Part shown: positions 34,754-44,340 of the stretch, piece by piece
How positions within the stretch are numbered: position 1 is the stretch's first letter
Layout of the letters: each line of letters opens with the position of its first letter
NCBI GenBank assembly: GCA_964291625.2
Contig: OZ220089.1
Coordinates: forward strand, 2,592,001 to 2,656,000
Length of the DNA: 64,000 bases
From: Candidatus Latescibacterota bacterium
Lineage (GTDB): Bacteria; Latescibacterota; UBA2968; UBA8231
Direction: 5' to 3'
The notes under the pieces: model-generated
Told to the model about the DNA's origin: nothing
Database searches by the model: none
Seen by the model: the letters and a program-made list of their open reading frames with translations, nothing else
Made by a program: the position numbers and the translations under genes

Positions 34754-35902
34754 CTATTCCTCATCGGGGCCTGGCCGCACCAACCGTCCCGCCCGGAACG
34801 TGGCCAGCGGCTCCCAGCAGCCCCCTGCGCGTTCAGCGCCCCGGCAGTCCGCCAACCGTCCTTCCGGGTTCCAGTTCAGCAGCGCCAGGTCGGCGCAGGC
34901 CCCCGGGGCCAGCGTTCCGGCCTCTCCCTTCAGGCCGAGCAGCTTCGCCGGGCGCGCCGTGGCGCGCGCCAGAACCTCGGTCTCGGGCATGCCGGCGGCG
35001 ATGAACTTCGACATCGTCCGCGGCAGGTCGTGCCGGGGATTGCTGCCGAGGTGGCGGTTGTACTGATCGGTGGAGACGGTGTCGGGGTAGAACCCCTCGG
35101 CCATGGCGGCCTCGGCGTGGTCGAAGCTGAAGGACTGCATCCCGTGGCAGCCGTCGAACAGGACCCCGCGCTCCCGGGCCTCCCGGACCGCCGGGCGCAC
35201 CCTGCCGCCGGCGAGGATGTTGTCCTCGAGAAAGCTGTAGGTGTAGGTCACCAGATCGCCGCCCCGCAGGTGGGGCAACTGCTCCTCGAGGGGGAAGTCG
35301 CCCTGGAACCTCGGACCGTAGAGGATGGGGCGCCCGCAACGCTCGGCGGCCTCGATACCGCGGCGCATGATCTCCCTCGGATCGTGGGAGATCGCCGGAC
35401 TCCGCATGGTGTTGAAGGCGATGCCCCAGATCTCGTCGCCGGCCGCGGCGGCGGTGGCGGCGCACAGATCGATGTCGGCGTCCTCCAACTGCTCGAAGCA
35501 GTGTTCCCCCCGAGACTCGCCGTGCTTGGACAGGTGCAGGGCCAGGCGCACCCGCGTGCGGCAACCGCCGATCACCTCGTCGCGGTAGGCCGGCCAGTTG
35601 AGCGCTCCGGCGTCGCCCTGGGACATGCAGGTGGTGACCCCCCGAGGCAGGAAGTGCTCGTCCGGGTCGACGCCGTAGCGCGAGCCCCCGCGCGCCGGAT
35701 GGGCGTGCATGTCCACGAGGCCGGGCAGCAGCAGCGCATCCGGGTAGTCCAGGGTCCTGGCGGCGGAGCCTTCCACCGCCGGGCCCGAGGCGGCGATGCG
35801 GCCGCCGCGCACCGCGACCACGCCCGGGCCATCGAGGCCGGTCTCGGCGCAGAACACGCGGCCGGCGGTGATCAGCAGATCGTAGTCGGCTGCGCCGGTC
35901 AT
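34754..35902 (-). CDS. Amidohydrolase / dihydroorotase-like deacetylase
   Basis: 'LPGLVDMHAH', 'GVTT', 'PDTVSTD' and 'GTLAPGACADLA'. Confidence 0.85.
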   Translation of the reverse strand: MTGAADYDLLITAGRVFCAETGLDGPGVVAVRGGRIAASGPAVEGSAARTLDYPDALLLPGLVDMHAHPARGGSRYGVDPDEHFLPRGVTTCMSQGDAGALNWPAYRDEVIGGCRTRVRLALHLSKHGESRGEHCFEQLEDADIDLCAATAAAAGDEIWGIAFNTMRSPAISHDPREIMRRGIEAAERCGRPILYGPRFQGDFPLEEQLPHLRGGDLVTYTYSFLEDNILAGGRVRPAVREARERGVLFDGCHGMQSFSFDHAEAAMAEGFYPDTVSTDQYNRHLGSNPRHDLPRTMSKFIAAGMPETEVLARATARPAKLLGLKGEAGTLAPGACADLALLNWNPEGRLADCRGAERAGGCWEPLATFRAGRLVRPGPDEE

Positions 35903-36834
35903 GGGCTTCCCGGGGGAGGGCAGGAGATGGCGACGATCGGTGCGGGGGCCTTCCACTCGACCGCCCAGCTCCGTCCGCGGTCGCCGCTGCGGTACAGCCG
36001 GTCCTCGACCGAGGCCCAGGCCGCGCCGCCGGCGTCGAAGGCCACCTGGAAGGTGTCCACGTTGTCCAGGGTGGTCTCCGGAAAGCCGGCGTCCGGCGAC
36101 GCCCACGAACGACCGGCATCGCCGCTGCGGAAGAGCCGACCCGTGCCCTCGGCGCGGGGCCCGCGGCTCACCGAGGCCAGCAGGCAGTCCGGGTCCTCGG
36201 GATGGACGGCGATGGCCCGCCCGTACCGGCACGGCAGGCCGTCGGCGCGGTGGCGCCACGACTCGCCCCGGTTCTCGCTGACGAAGACGGCGTCGGCGGT
36301 ATTGACGTAGACCCGCTCCGGGGCGGCGGGGCAGACCGCCACCTGGTGCACGTCCGGGTGCAGGCCGGGATTCACCGGCGCCCAGGACTGCCCCGCGTCG
36401 GCGGAGCGCACGATGCTGCCCACGTGAATGTCGGCGTACACGTCGTCGCCGGAGCGGGCGAGGCTGCGCACCGCCGGCGGACCTCCCCAGGGGGTGTACC
36501 AGTCGCCGCGGACCTCCAGGCGGTCGAAGGACTCGACCCGGGCCGCCGGCTGGCCGTCCTCCAGCCGGTAGAGGTGGGCCGGCTCGGTGCCGATGAGCAG
36601 GGTCAGCGGGTCCTCCCGCAGCACCTGGATGCAGTGGATCTCGTCGCCGATGCCGCTGGCCACGTGATCGGTGCCCCCGGGCCCGAAGACGGCGACCCCG
36701 CCGTCTGCCTGCGCCGCCACACCGCCCCCGGCGAAGGCGTCGACCATGACCGCCCCGTCGTGGACCCGCGCCGGTTCCGGCCTCGGCGCCGGCGCCTCGG
36801 CGCGGTAGACCCCCTCTTCGGTCAGAATCAGCAT
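35899..36834 (-). CDS. BNR/Asp-box repeat beta-propeller protein
   Basis: Repeated S-x-D-x-G-x-S-W boxes (SADAGQSW, SENRGESW, SGDAGRSW, SGDRGRSW). Confidence 0.82.
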   Translation of the reverse strand: MLILTEEGVYRAEAPAPRPEPARVHDGAVMVDAFAGGGVAAQADGGVAVFGPGGTDHVASGIGDEIHCIQVLREDPLTLLIGTEPAHLYRLEDGQPAARVESFDRLEVRGDWYTPWGGPPAVRSLARSGDDVYADIHVGSIVRSADAGQSWAPVNPGLHPDVHQVAVCPAAPERVYVNTADAVFVSENRGESWRHRADGLPCRYGRAIAVHPEDPDCLLASVSRGPRAEGTGRLFRSGDAGRSWASPDAGFPETTLDNVDTFQVAFDAGGAAWASVEDRLYRSGDRGRSWAVEWKAPAPIVAISCPPPGSP

Positions 36835-36851
36835 GGTGATCTCCCGCGGCC

Positions 36852-38030
36852 TCAGGCCGCCCGTGTCTCCAACCACTCCCTGGTGATTCCCAGTCCGAAG
36901 CCCGGTGCGTCGCTGGGCACGAGCTCCCCGTTCTCGATGACGGCGGTCCCTGGCAGCTTCACCATCTCGGCCAGCGGCACCCCCGGCGGCGAGACCCCCT
37001 CGGAACGCTCTCCCCAGGCGACGGCGGGCATGGCGAAGGAGAGGTGCTGTCCGTACGGGTAGTTCATGCCGCCGTGGGGGAGCACGCTCTGGCCGTGCCC
37101 TTCGGCGAGGTGGCAGATGCGCAGGACGGCGCTGATGCCGCCTACCCAGCGGATGTCGGGCTGGAAGATGTCGATCAGCCCGTTGGCCGCGGCGAAGGCG
37201 AAGGGCGGGATGGAGTACCAGTGCTCGCCGGTGGCCAGGATCTGGTGGGGGATGCGCTGCCGCAGTCGGGAGTAGCTGCCGAGGTCCTCCGGACGCAGGG
37301 AGTCCTCGAACCACTTGATGCGGTAGGGCTTCAAGGCCTCGGAGAGGCGCACCACGTACTCGACGTCGAAGGACATCCAGGCGTCGACCATCAACTCGCG
37401 CTCGTCGCCGATCAGCTCGCGGGCGGTGGCGACCAGCTCCTCGTTGCGGCGCAACCCCTCCATGTCGTCGGTCGGGCCGTGGCGGAAGAAGACCTTGACC
37501 GCCTTGAAGCCGAGCTCGAGGAACCACTCGATGGTGCTCTCCAGGCCGTAGTCGTGGCCGGTGGCGCTGGCGTAGCAGGGGATCGAGCTCTTCTGAGGAC
37601 CTCCCAGCAGCTCGTAGACCGGCCGCTGCAGCACCTTGCCCTTGAGGTCCCACAGGGCCATGTCGACGGCGCTGATGGCGTAGCTGGCCAGACCCGAGGT
37701 CCCGTAGTGGGCGGTGGCGCGCTGCATCACGTCGAAGAGCTTCTCCGTGGCCATGCAGTTCTGCCCCGTGATCAGCGGGCCCAGGTGGTCGTTGATGATG
37801 CTGACCGCGGGCGGCGAGAACGAGCCGAAGCCGAATCCCCACGTGCCGTCCCTGGCGGTGATCACGCAGGCCAGGTCCGTCCAGCGGCCGTGCCAGTCGG
37901 GCAGCAGGTCGGGGTAGCGGCGCATGGGACTGACCATGGGAGGCGCGTCCTCCCGCCGCGGGATGCGCGGCGGCGTCACCGGGTGGGGGGCGGCACGGAT
38001 GGGGAAGGCGCGGACCTCGTCAATGATCAT
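36852..38030 (-). CDS. Mandelate racemase/muconate lactonizing family, L-rhamnonate dehydratase-like
   Basis: 'AISAVDMALWDLKGK', 'LMVDAWM', 'WFED', 'ATGEH' and 'QPDIRWVGG'. Confidence 0.85.
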   Translation of the reverse strand: MIIDEVRAFPIRAAPHPVTPPRIPRREDAPPMVSPMRRYPDLLPDWHGRWTDLACVITARDGTWGFGFGSFSPPAVSIINDHLGPLITGQNCMATEKLFDVMQRATAHYGTSGLASYAISAVDMALWDLKGKVLQRPVYELLGGPQKSSIPCYASATGHDYGLESTIEWFLELGFKAVKVFFRHGPTDDMEGLRRNEELVATARELIGDERELMVDAWMSFDVEYVVRLSEALKPYRIKWFEDSLRPEDLGSYSRLRQRIPHQILATGEHWYSIPPFAFAAANGLIDIFQPDIRWVGGISAVLRICHLAEGHGQSVLPHGGMNYPYGQHLSFAMPAVAWGERSEGVSPPGVPLAEMVKLPGTAVIENGELVPSDAPGFGLGITREWLETRAA

Positions 38031-38151
38031 GGGCGCCAAAGAACCGGCCGGGGGCTTCGGCGAGTCAATTGGCGGCCGGGTGCGGGATGCCGGATTGCGC
38101 GGGACCCGGGAATCGCCCTGATTGCCGGCTCTCCGGCGGAAGGAGCGAGGC

Positions 38152-39309
38152 ATGCGCATCACCGACATCAAGGTCTACCCCACGCGGGTCGGACACCGGA
38201 ACCAGCTGATCGTCAAGGTGGAGACCGACGAGGGAATCCACGGCTGGGGGGAGTCCGGGGTCTCCGGCCGCGAGATGGCCGTGCAGGGAGCGGTACGCCA
38301 CTACCGCGAGTTCCTGATCGGGCGGGACCCGCGGCGGCCCGGGGCCCTGTGGCAGGAGATGTACCGCAGTCAGTACTTCGAGGGCGGAAGGATCCTGACG
38401 GGGGCGATCTCGGCCGTGGATATCGCCCTCTACGACATCACCGCCAGGGCCCTGGACGTGCCCGTCCATCAGCTCCTCGGCGGCAGGCAGCGCGACTTCG
38501 TCCCCTGCTTCGCCACCACCGGCGCCGGCTCGCTGGAACAGCTCGTCGCCAACACCAGGCTGCTCCTCGACAGCGGCTGGAGCGTGATCCGCACCGGCAT
38601 GGCCTCCCGCCCGGAGAGCGGCGCGGGGCGGTTCGAGCCGCGGGAATCGATCGGGGTCACCGCCGAGTGGCTCACCGCCCTGCGCGGCCAGATCGGCCCG
38701 GACCCGGTACTCGGCATCGACTACCACCACCGGCTGTCGGTGGCCGAGGCCGCTTCCTTCTGCCAGCGGATGCCCCCGGGGACCCTCGACTTCCTCGAGG
38801 AGCCGATCCGGGACGAATCGCCCGAGGCCTACGAGTCCCTGCGCACGATGACGGACGTGCCCTTCGCCATCGGAGAGGAGTTCCCCAGCAAGTGGCAGTT
38901 TCTGCCCTACATCGAGCGCGGCATCACCCAGTTCGCCCGCCTCGACATCTGCAACGTCGGCGGTTTCACAGAGGCGCTGAAGGTGGCCGCCATGTGCGAG
39001 GCCCACTACATCGACCTGATGCCCCACAACCCCCTGGGGCCGATCTGCACCGCCGCGAGCGTCCACCTCGGGGCGGCGGTGCCGAACTTCGCCTGGCTGG
39101 AGGCGCGGGTCTCGCCCACCGAGGACCTGGGGTTCCAGGACTCCGAGCTGTTCCCCGTGCAGCTGCAGTTGGAGGGGGACCGGTTCCCGGTGCCGGAGGG
39201 GCCCGGCCTCGGGGTGGAGTTCAACGAGGAGGCCGCGGCGGCGCAGCGCTTCGCATTCTGGGAGGCGCCTCACCTGCGGCGCCGGGATGGATCCTACACC
39301 AACTGGTGA
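38152..39309 (+). CDS. Mandelate racemase family, galactonate dehydratase-like
   Basis: 'VKVETDEGIHGWGE', 'IDYHHR', 'FLEEP', 'AIGEE' and 'MPHNPLGP'. Confidence 0.87.
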   Translation: MRITDIKVYPTRVGHRNQLIVKVETDEGIHGWGESGVSGREMAVQGAVRHYREFLIGRDPRRPGALWQEMYRSQYFEGGRILTGAISAVDIALYDITARALDVPVHQLLGGRQRDFVPCFATTGAGSLEQLVANTRLLLDSGWSVIRTGMASRPESGAGRFEPRESIGVTAEWLTALRGQIGPDPVLGIDYHHRLSVAEAASFCQRMPPGTLDFLEEPIRDESPEAYESLRTMTDVPFAIGEEFPSKWQFLPYIERGITQFARLDICNVGGFTEALKVAAMCEAHYIDLMPHNPLGPICTAASVHLGAAVPNFAWLEARVSPTEDLGFQDSELFPVQLQLEGDRFPVPEGPGLGVEFNEEAAAAQRFAFWEAPHLRRRDGSYTNW

Positions 39310-39327
39310 GCGGGGCCGGGGCGGATC

Positions 39328-40278
39328 TCAGTTGACGACGTTCCGGGGACTCCCGTCGAGGAAGGCCCGCACGTTGTCGACCACGGTGTCCAACAGGCGC
39401 TGGCGGGCGGCCCCCGTGGCCCAGGCGTTGTGGGGCGTGATGTAGCAGTTCCGCACCCCGTAGAGCGGATGCCCGGCGGCCGGCGGCTCCACGGCCATCA
39501 CGTCCAGACCGGCGCCGGCGATGCGCCCCTCCTGGAGAGCTTCTCGGAGGGCCTCCTCGTCCACCAGGGGCCCGCGGCTGGTGTTGATGAGGAAGGCCGT
39601 CGGCTTCATCAGCGACAGCCGCCTGCGATCGACGATCCCCTCCGTCTCCGGCGTCAGCGGGCAGTGCAGGGAGACGGCGTCACAGCGGCGGAAGAGGTCG
39701 TCCAGGCCGGCGTGTTCCACCCAGTCGAGGGACGGGTCCGGGGTGCGGGTGTGGGCCAGGACCCGCATGCCGAAGGCCCTCGCCAGCTCGGCGGTGCGGC
39801 GGCCGATGCGGCCCATACCGACGATGCCGAAGAGCAGTCCCTCGAGTTCGACGAGGGGATGGTCCCAGAAGCTGAAGTCCCGGCACTCGGCCCAGCGGTC
39901 GGCGTTGACCGCGGCGGCGTGGTCGCCGATGCGCTGGGTCAGGTTGAGGAGGTGGGCGATGGCCGCCTGGGCTACCGAGGCGGTGCCGTAGGTGGGCACG
40001 TTGCACACCGGGATGCCGCGTTCACGGGCGGCCTCGATGTCAACGATGTTGAAGCCGGTGGCCAGCACGCCTATGTATCGAAGCCCGGGCAGTTCGTCGA
40101 GATGGCGGCCGGAGAGGATGGTCTTGTTGGTAAGGAGGATATCGGCCCCGCGGGCTCTCTCCAGGACCTGATCGGCAGTGGAGTGTTCGTGAACGGTGAC
40201 GTCGCCCAGGGACTCGAGGCCGGACCAGGTGAGGTCGCCGGGATTCAGGGTGAAGCCATCGAGCACGACGATCTTCAT
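39328..40278 (-). CDS. D-2-hydroxyacid dehydrogenase (glycerate dehydrogenase-like)
   Basis: 'MKIVVLDGFTLNPGD', GxGxxG 'GMGRIG', 'INTSRG' and 'ITPHNAW'. Confidence 0.92.
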   Translation of the reverse strand: MKIVVLDGFTLNPGDLTWSGLESLGDVTVHEHSTADQVLERARGADILLTNKTILSGRHLDELPGLRYIGVLATGFNIVDIEAARERGIPVCNVPTYGTASVAQAAIAHLLNLTQRIGDHAAAVNADRWAECRDFSFWDHPLVELEGLLFGIVGMGRIGRRTAELARAFGMRVLAHTRTPDPSLDWVEHAGLDDLFRRCDAVSLHCPLTPETEGIVDRRRLSLMKPTAFLINTSRGPLVDEEALREALQEGRIAGAGLDVMAVEPPAAGHPLYGVRNCYITPHNAWATGAARQRLLDTVVDNVRAFLDGSPRNVVN

Positions 40279-40410
40279 GAGTCGCGGGCGGCGCCGAAGG
40301 TGGCTGCCGCTGGAGGCAGGGCGAGACGGACCTGGCCGGGCCGGCCGGGCTCGGAGGGATGGAGTCAGCGGCCCCGGGTCCGGGGCCGCCCGTGTGTCCG
40401 GGGCAGGGGG

Positions 40411-41172
40411 CTACTCCCTGATCCGGAAAGCGATGGCCGCGTTGATCGCCTCGGTGGTTCCGCCTGAGGTGATGAAATCCTGAACCTCGGCGGCGTTGAC
40501 GATCTCGGTGCTGAAGTGGTCGTTGAAGATGAAGAAGTCTTCGAACCCGACGACACCGTCGCCATCCAGGTCGAAGACCGGGTCGAAGCCGTCGTCGCCT
40601 TCCCTCCGGCCGAGGTTCTCGTGGAGCAGAAAGAAGTCGTCCAGGCCGACTCTCGCTCCCACGTAGCTGAACCAGCCGAGGACCAGGTTGCCATCGGCAT
40701 CGCGGGGCAGCGGGGCCGGGGTGACGGTACGGGCCCGGTCGGCCTCGGACCCGGGCTCGATGACCAGCATGGCCTCGTTGTCGGCATCGTAGGCCCGGAC
40801 CTCGTAGACGTACACCCCGCCGCCCGCGGTGATGTCGCCGTCGGTGTACTCGGTGATGCCGGGCGGGGTGCTGCCGATCTTGGACGGCTCCGAACCGTCG
40901 ATGCTGCGATACACGCGGTATCCGTGGACGAGGTTGCGGTAAACGTGCTGGCCGCCGAAAGTCGATCCCACGGCGTTGTCGTCGTCCGACGCGGTCCAGG
41001 TCAGGAGGACGTTGTCCTCCGCGAAAACGGCGGTGAGGCCGGTGGCCGGCGCGGGCGGGATGTCGTCGATGGAGCGGACCAACCCGTCGCCCTGGCCGTC
41101 GGAACGGACGGGGCCGAAGCAAAGGATGGCGGCGCACAGGCCGACGGCGGTTCCCTTCTTGGCAGAGAGCAT
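40411..41172 (-). CDS. Secreted protein with an FN3-like domain and an EF-hand/dockerin-like C-terminal motif
   Basis: Signal-like N-terminus; 'LTWTAS..GYRVYRS..YTD..YVYEVRAYD' (FN3); 'FDLDGDGVVGFEDFFIF'. Confidence 0.7.
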   Translation of the reverse strand: MLSAKKGTAVGLCAAILCFGPVRSDGQGDGLVRSIDDIPPAPATGLTAVFAEDNVLLTWTASDDDNAVGSTFGGQHVYRNLVHGYRVYRSIDGSEPSKIGSTPPGITEYTDGDITAGGGVYVYEVRAYDADNEAMLVIEPGSEADRARTVTPAPLPRDADGNLVLGWFSYVGARVGLDDFFLLHENLGRREGDDGFDPVFDLDGDGVVGFEDFFIFNDHFSTEIVNAAEVQDFITSGGTTEAINAAIAFRIRE

Positions 41173-41303
41173 ACGTTACCTCCGGAGGGTTGAGCAGGCC
41201 GCTTGTGACAGGCCGGCTAGCACCCTAACCGCTCCGGAGGGAGAAGTCAAGCGAAAAACGGGCCGCCGCGTCGGGGCAGCGGGCTCACGAAACGGGAGGA
41301 TCC

Positions 41304-41777
41304 ATGAACAGTCTCGCGGAGCGGGAGATCCCTCTGCTGGAGCAGACCCTCTCCCTGCGCACGCAGTTGCTGGACATCCTGGGCGACGCCGATCTCGCTC
41401 ACGCCCTGCCCGGCAACCCGTCTCTCGGCGCGCTGTGCCGCGAGGCGGGTCAGTTGGAGGAGATCTACACCGACTCCTTCCGGACCTTCACCGTGGACTG
41501 GAGAGAGCGGCCGGCGCCCGGGGGAGCGGCGAGGAGAGTGACGGTCCTGCGGGAGTGGTACGCCCGCTCGGACGCTGCCCTGAAGGAGGCCCTATGCGCC
41601 CTCAGCGAGGAGGATGTCCAGGGGAAGCGGATCGATCGCGGGGATTTCAGCGTGCCCGTGGGAGTGCAGTTTCACATCTACCGCGAGTCGATCCTGATCT
41701 TCTGCGGCAAGGCGAGCGTATACCTGCGCTCCCTCGGCGAGGACCTGCCCGAGCAGTGGCGGCAGTGGATCGGTTGA
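41304..41777 (+). CDS. DinB-like four-helix bundle protein
   Basis: Good RBS (GGGAGG); helical pattern 'LLDILGDADL..LPGNPSLGALCRE'. Confidence 0.65.
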   Translation: MNSLAEREIPLLEQTLSLRTQLLDILGDADLAHALPGNPSLGALCREAGQLEEIYTDSFRTFTVDWRERPAPGGAARRVTVLREWYARSDAALKEALCALSEEDVQGKRIDRGDFSVPVGVQFHIYRESILIFCGKASVYLRSLGEDLPEQWRQWIG

Positions 41778-41914
41778 TCCGGCCCATCGCCGGGGAGCGC
41801 CGCGCCGGTACGCTCCCCGCGCCTGGTGTTCCCCGTGCCGGGTTCTCGCCCGCGCCCCCCAACCACCCTATCCTTCCCTGACCCTGTCTCCGCCTGCCAA
41901 TCCCCGGAGGCCCC

Positions 41915-42367
41915 ATGCTCACAGCGTGGATCGTCGCGGGCGCGATCATGATCCTGCTGGAGTTGTTCCTGCCCGGAATGGTGCTCGGCTTTCTCGGGTC
42001 GAGCGCCCTGATCGTGGCCGCCCTCATCTGGCTGGGCTGGATCGACAGCCTGATCTCGGCCCTCACCACCTGGTTCATCCTCTCCCTCGTCCTGCTCCTG
42101 AGTCTGCGCGGCCTGTTCCTCCGCTTCGTCGGGGGCAGGTCCGAGCGCCAGTCCACCGACGAGGAGGAGGATGCCTACGGCACGGTCGTGGACGTGGTGG
42201 AGAGGATCTCACCGGACCGGGCGGGACGGATCCACTACCGGGACGCCACCTGGCAGGCGATCTGCCATGATCGCACCATCGAGGCCGGAGAGAAGGCGAT
42301 CCTCGCCTATCGCGAGAACCTCGCGTGGGTCGTCGAGCCCGCCGGGCTGGAGGAAAGCGATCCTTGA
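41915..42367 (+). CDS. NfeD family membrane protein
   Basis: N-terminal TM helices plus an OB-fold ('GRIHYRDATWQA'); immediately upstream of the SPFH genes. Confidence 0.85.
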   Translation: MLTAWIVAGAIMILLELFLPGMVLGFLGSSALIVAALIWLGWIDSLISALTTWFILSLVLLLSLRGLFLRFVGGRSERQSTDEEEDAYGTVVDVVERISPDRAGRIHYRDATWQAICHDRTIEAGEKAILAYRENLAWVVEPAGLEESDP

Positions 42368-42384
42368 AACGGGAGAGTTGAGCC

Positions 42385-43317
42385 ATGCCGCTTCTGACCT
42401 ACTTCACGATCCTGGTGCTGATCGCCCTGTTCGTGGTGCTCAAGACGTTCGTCGTCGTGCCCATGCGCGAGGCGGTCATCGTCGAGCGCCTGGGCAAGTT
42501 CCGGGCGGTCCTGCCGCCGGGGTTCCACTTCCTCATCCCCTTCTGCGACCGCATCGCCTACCGCCACGAGACCCGCGAGCAGGTGATCGACGTCCCCAGC
42601 CAGGCCTGCATCACCCGCGACAACATCCAGGTCGAGGTCGACGGTCTGGTCTACCTGCAGGTGCTCGACCCCGAGCGGGCCAGCTACGGCATCGAGGACT
42701 ACCGCCGCGCCAGCGTCAACCTGGCGCAGACGACGATGCGGGCCGAGATCGGCAAGCTGACCCTGGGCCAGTGCTTCTACGAGCGAGAGTCCCTGAACGA
42801 GACGATCGTGCAGGAGATCGACAAGGCGTCGAACCCCTGGGGCATCAAGGTGCTGCGCTACGAGCTGCGGAACATCACGCCCTCGGCCAACGTGGTGAAC
42901 ACCCTGGAGAAGCAGATGGAGGCGGAGCGCGAGAAGCGCGCCGAGATCACCCGCGCCGCCGCCGAGAAGGAGTCCACCATCAACCTCTCCGAGGGCGAGC
43001 GCCAGGAGGAGATCAACATCTCGGAGGGCGAGAAGCAGCGCCGGATCAACGTCGCCAAGGGCCGGGCGGAGGCGATCTCCATCATCGCCGAGGCCACCGC
43101 CGAGGGCACCGAGCGGATCGCCGCCGCGGTCCAGAAGGAAGGGGGGTCGGCGGCGCTGAAGATGCAGCTGGTGGAGGAGTACATCGAGATGATCAGCGAG
43201 ATCGCGGGAAAGTCCAACGTCTCCGTCGTGCCCCTGGAGCTGGCCCGGATCAAGGGCTTCTTCGAGGGGCTGGGCGAGGTCTCCGGTGGCACGCCGACCC
43301 AGAAGAAGGGAGCCTGA
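42385..43317 (+). CDS. SPFH/Band 7 (stomatin/paraslipin) protein
   Basis: 'VERLGKF', 'CITRDNIQVEVDG', 'LAQTTMR' and 'QMEAEREKRA'. Confidence 0.92.
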   Translation: MPLLTYFTILVLIALFVVLKTFVVVPMREAVIVERLGKFRAVLPPGFHFLIPFCDRIAYRHETREQVIDVPSQACITRDNIQVEVDGLVYLQVLDPERASYGIEDYRRASVNLAQTTMRAEIGKLTLGQCFYERESLNETIVQEIDKASNPWGIKVLRYELRNITPSANVVNTLEKQMEAEREKRAEITRAAAEKESTINLSEGERQEEINISEGEKQRRINVAKGRAEAISIIAEATAEGTERIAAAVQKEGGSAALKMQLVEEYIEMISEIAGKSNVSVVPLELARIKGFFEGLGEVSGGTPTQKKGA

Positions 43318-43318
43318 C

Positions 43319-44248
43319 ATGTCGACCGTCTTCGAGATCTTCAACTTCACCGTCTGGGGCGTTCTGCTCCTGGTCCTGATCGTCATGTTCCTGCGCTCGA
43401 TCCGGCTGGTGCCGACCCAGTCGGCGTACGTCGTCGAGCGGCTCGGCCAGTACTCCAGGACGCTGAATCCCGGTTTTCACGCCCTGGTGCCCTTCATCGA
43501 AAGGGTGGCCTTCATCCGCGACCTCAAGGAGGAGACCGTGGACGTGCCGCCCCAGGAGTGCTTCACCCGGGACGAGGTCCAGGTCGAGGTGGACGGCGTC
43601 CTCTACATCTCGGTCACCGACCCGGTGAAGGCCAGCTACGGGGTGACCAACTACTCCTTCGCCGCCATGCAACTGGCGCAGACGACGACCCGCTCCGTCA
43701 TCGGCACCCTCGAGCTCGACCGCACCTTCGAGGAGCGCGACCTGATCTCGGCCAAGGTCGTGGAGGTGCTGGAGAGGTCGGGGGAGACCTGGGGGATCCG
43801 CGTCCACCGCTACGAGATCAAGAACCTGTCGCCGCCGCCGACGGTGAAGGACGCCATGGAGAAGCAGGTCACCGCCGAGCGCGACCGCCGCGCCATCGTG
43901 GCCCAGTCGGAGGGCGACAAGCAGAGCCGCATCAACACCTCGGAGGGCCGGCGCCTGGAGCTGATCAACCGCTCGGAGGGCGAGATGCAGCGCACCATCA
44001 ACGAGGCCCAGGGCCAGGCCGAGGAGGTCCGGGCCATCGCCCACGCGACGGCCGAGTCGATCGAGAAGATCGCGGCCTCGATCAGCGTCGCCGGCGGCGC
44101 CCAGTCGGTGCACCTGCAGCTGGCGGAGCGCTACCTGAAGAGGCTGCGTGCTCTGGCCGACGGCAAGACGGACGTGCTCCTGCCCGTGGACCTGGCCAAC
44201 CCTCAGCAGCTGCTGGACGCCATCGAGTTGCGCGGGCCTGACGGATAG
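43319..44248 (+). CDS. Second SPFH/Band 7 (paraslipin) protein
   Basis: 'VVERLGQY', 'CFTRDEVQVEVDG', 'LAQTTTR' and 'QVTAERDRRA'. Confidence 0.92.
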   Translation: MSTVFEIFNFTVWGVLLLVLIVMFLRSIRLVPTQSAYVVERLGQYSRTLNPGFHALVPFIERVAFIRDLKEETVDVPPQECFTRDEVQVEVDGVLYISVTDPVKASYGVTNYSFAAMQLAQTTTRSVIGTLELDRTFEERDLISAKVVEVLERSGETWGIRVHRYEIKNLSPPPTVKDAMEKQVTAERDRRAIVAQSEGDKQSRINTSEGRRLELINRSEGEMQRTINEAQGQAEEVRAIAHATAESIEKIAASISVAGGAQSVHLQLAERYLKRLRALADGKTDVLLPVDLANPQQLLDAIELRGPDG

Positions 44249-44340
44249 CGCTGTCGGCCGCGGGGCCACGACTCGACACCACTCCCGCGGGCAGGGCGCC
44301 CCCGGCGGTCGGCGGGTGGGGAGCCGCCAGGGGCTGACGG

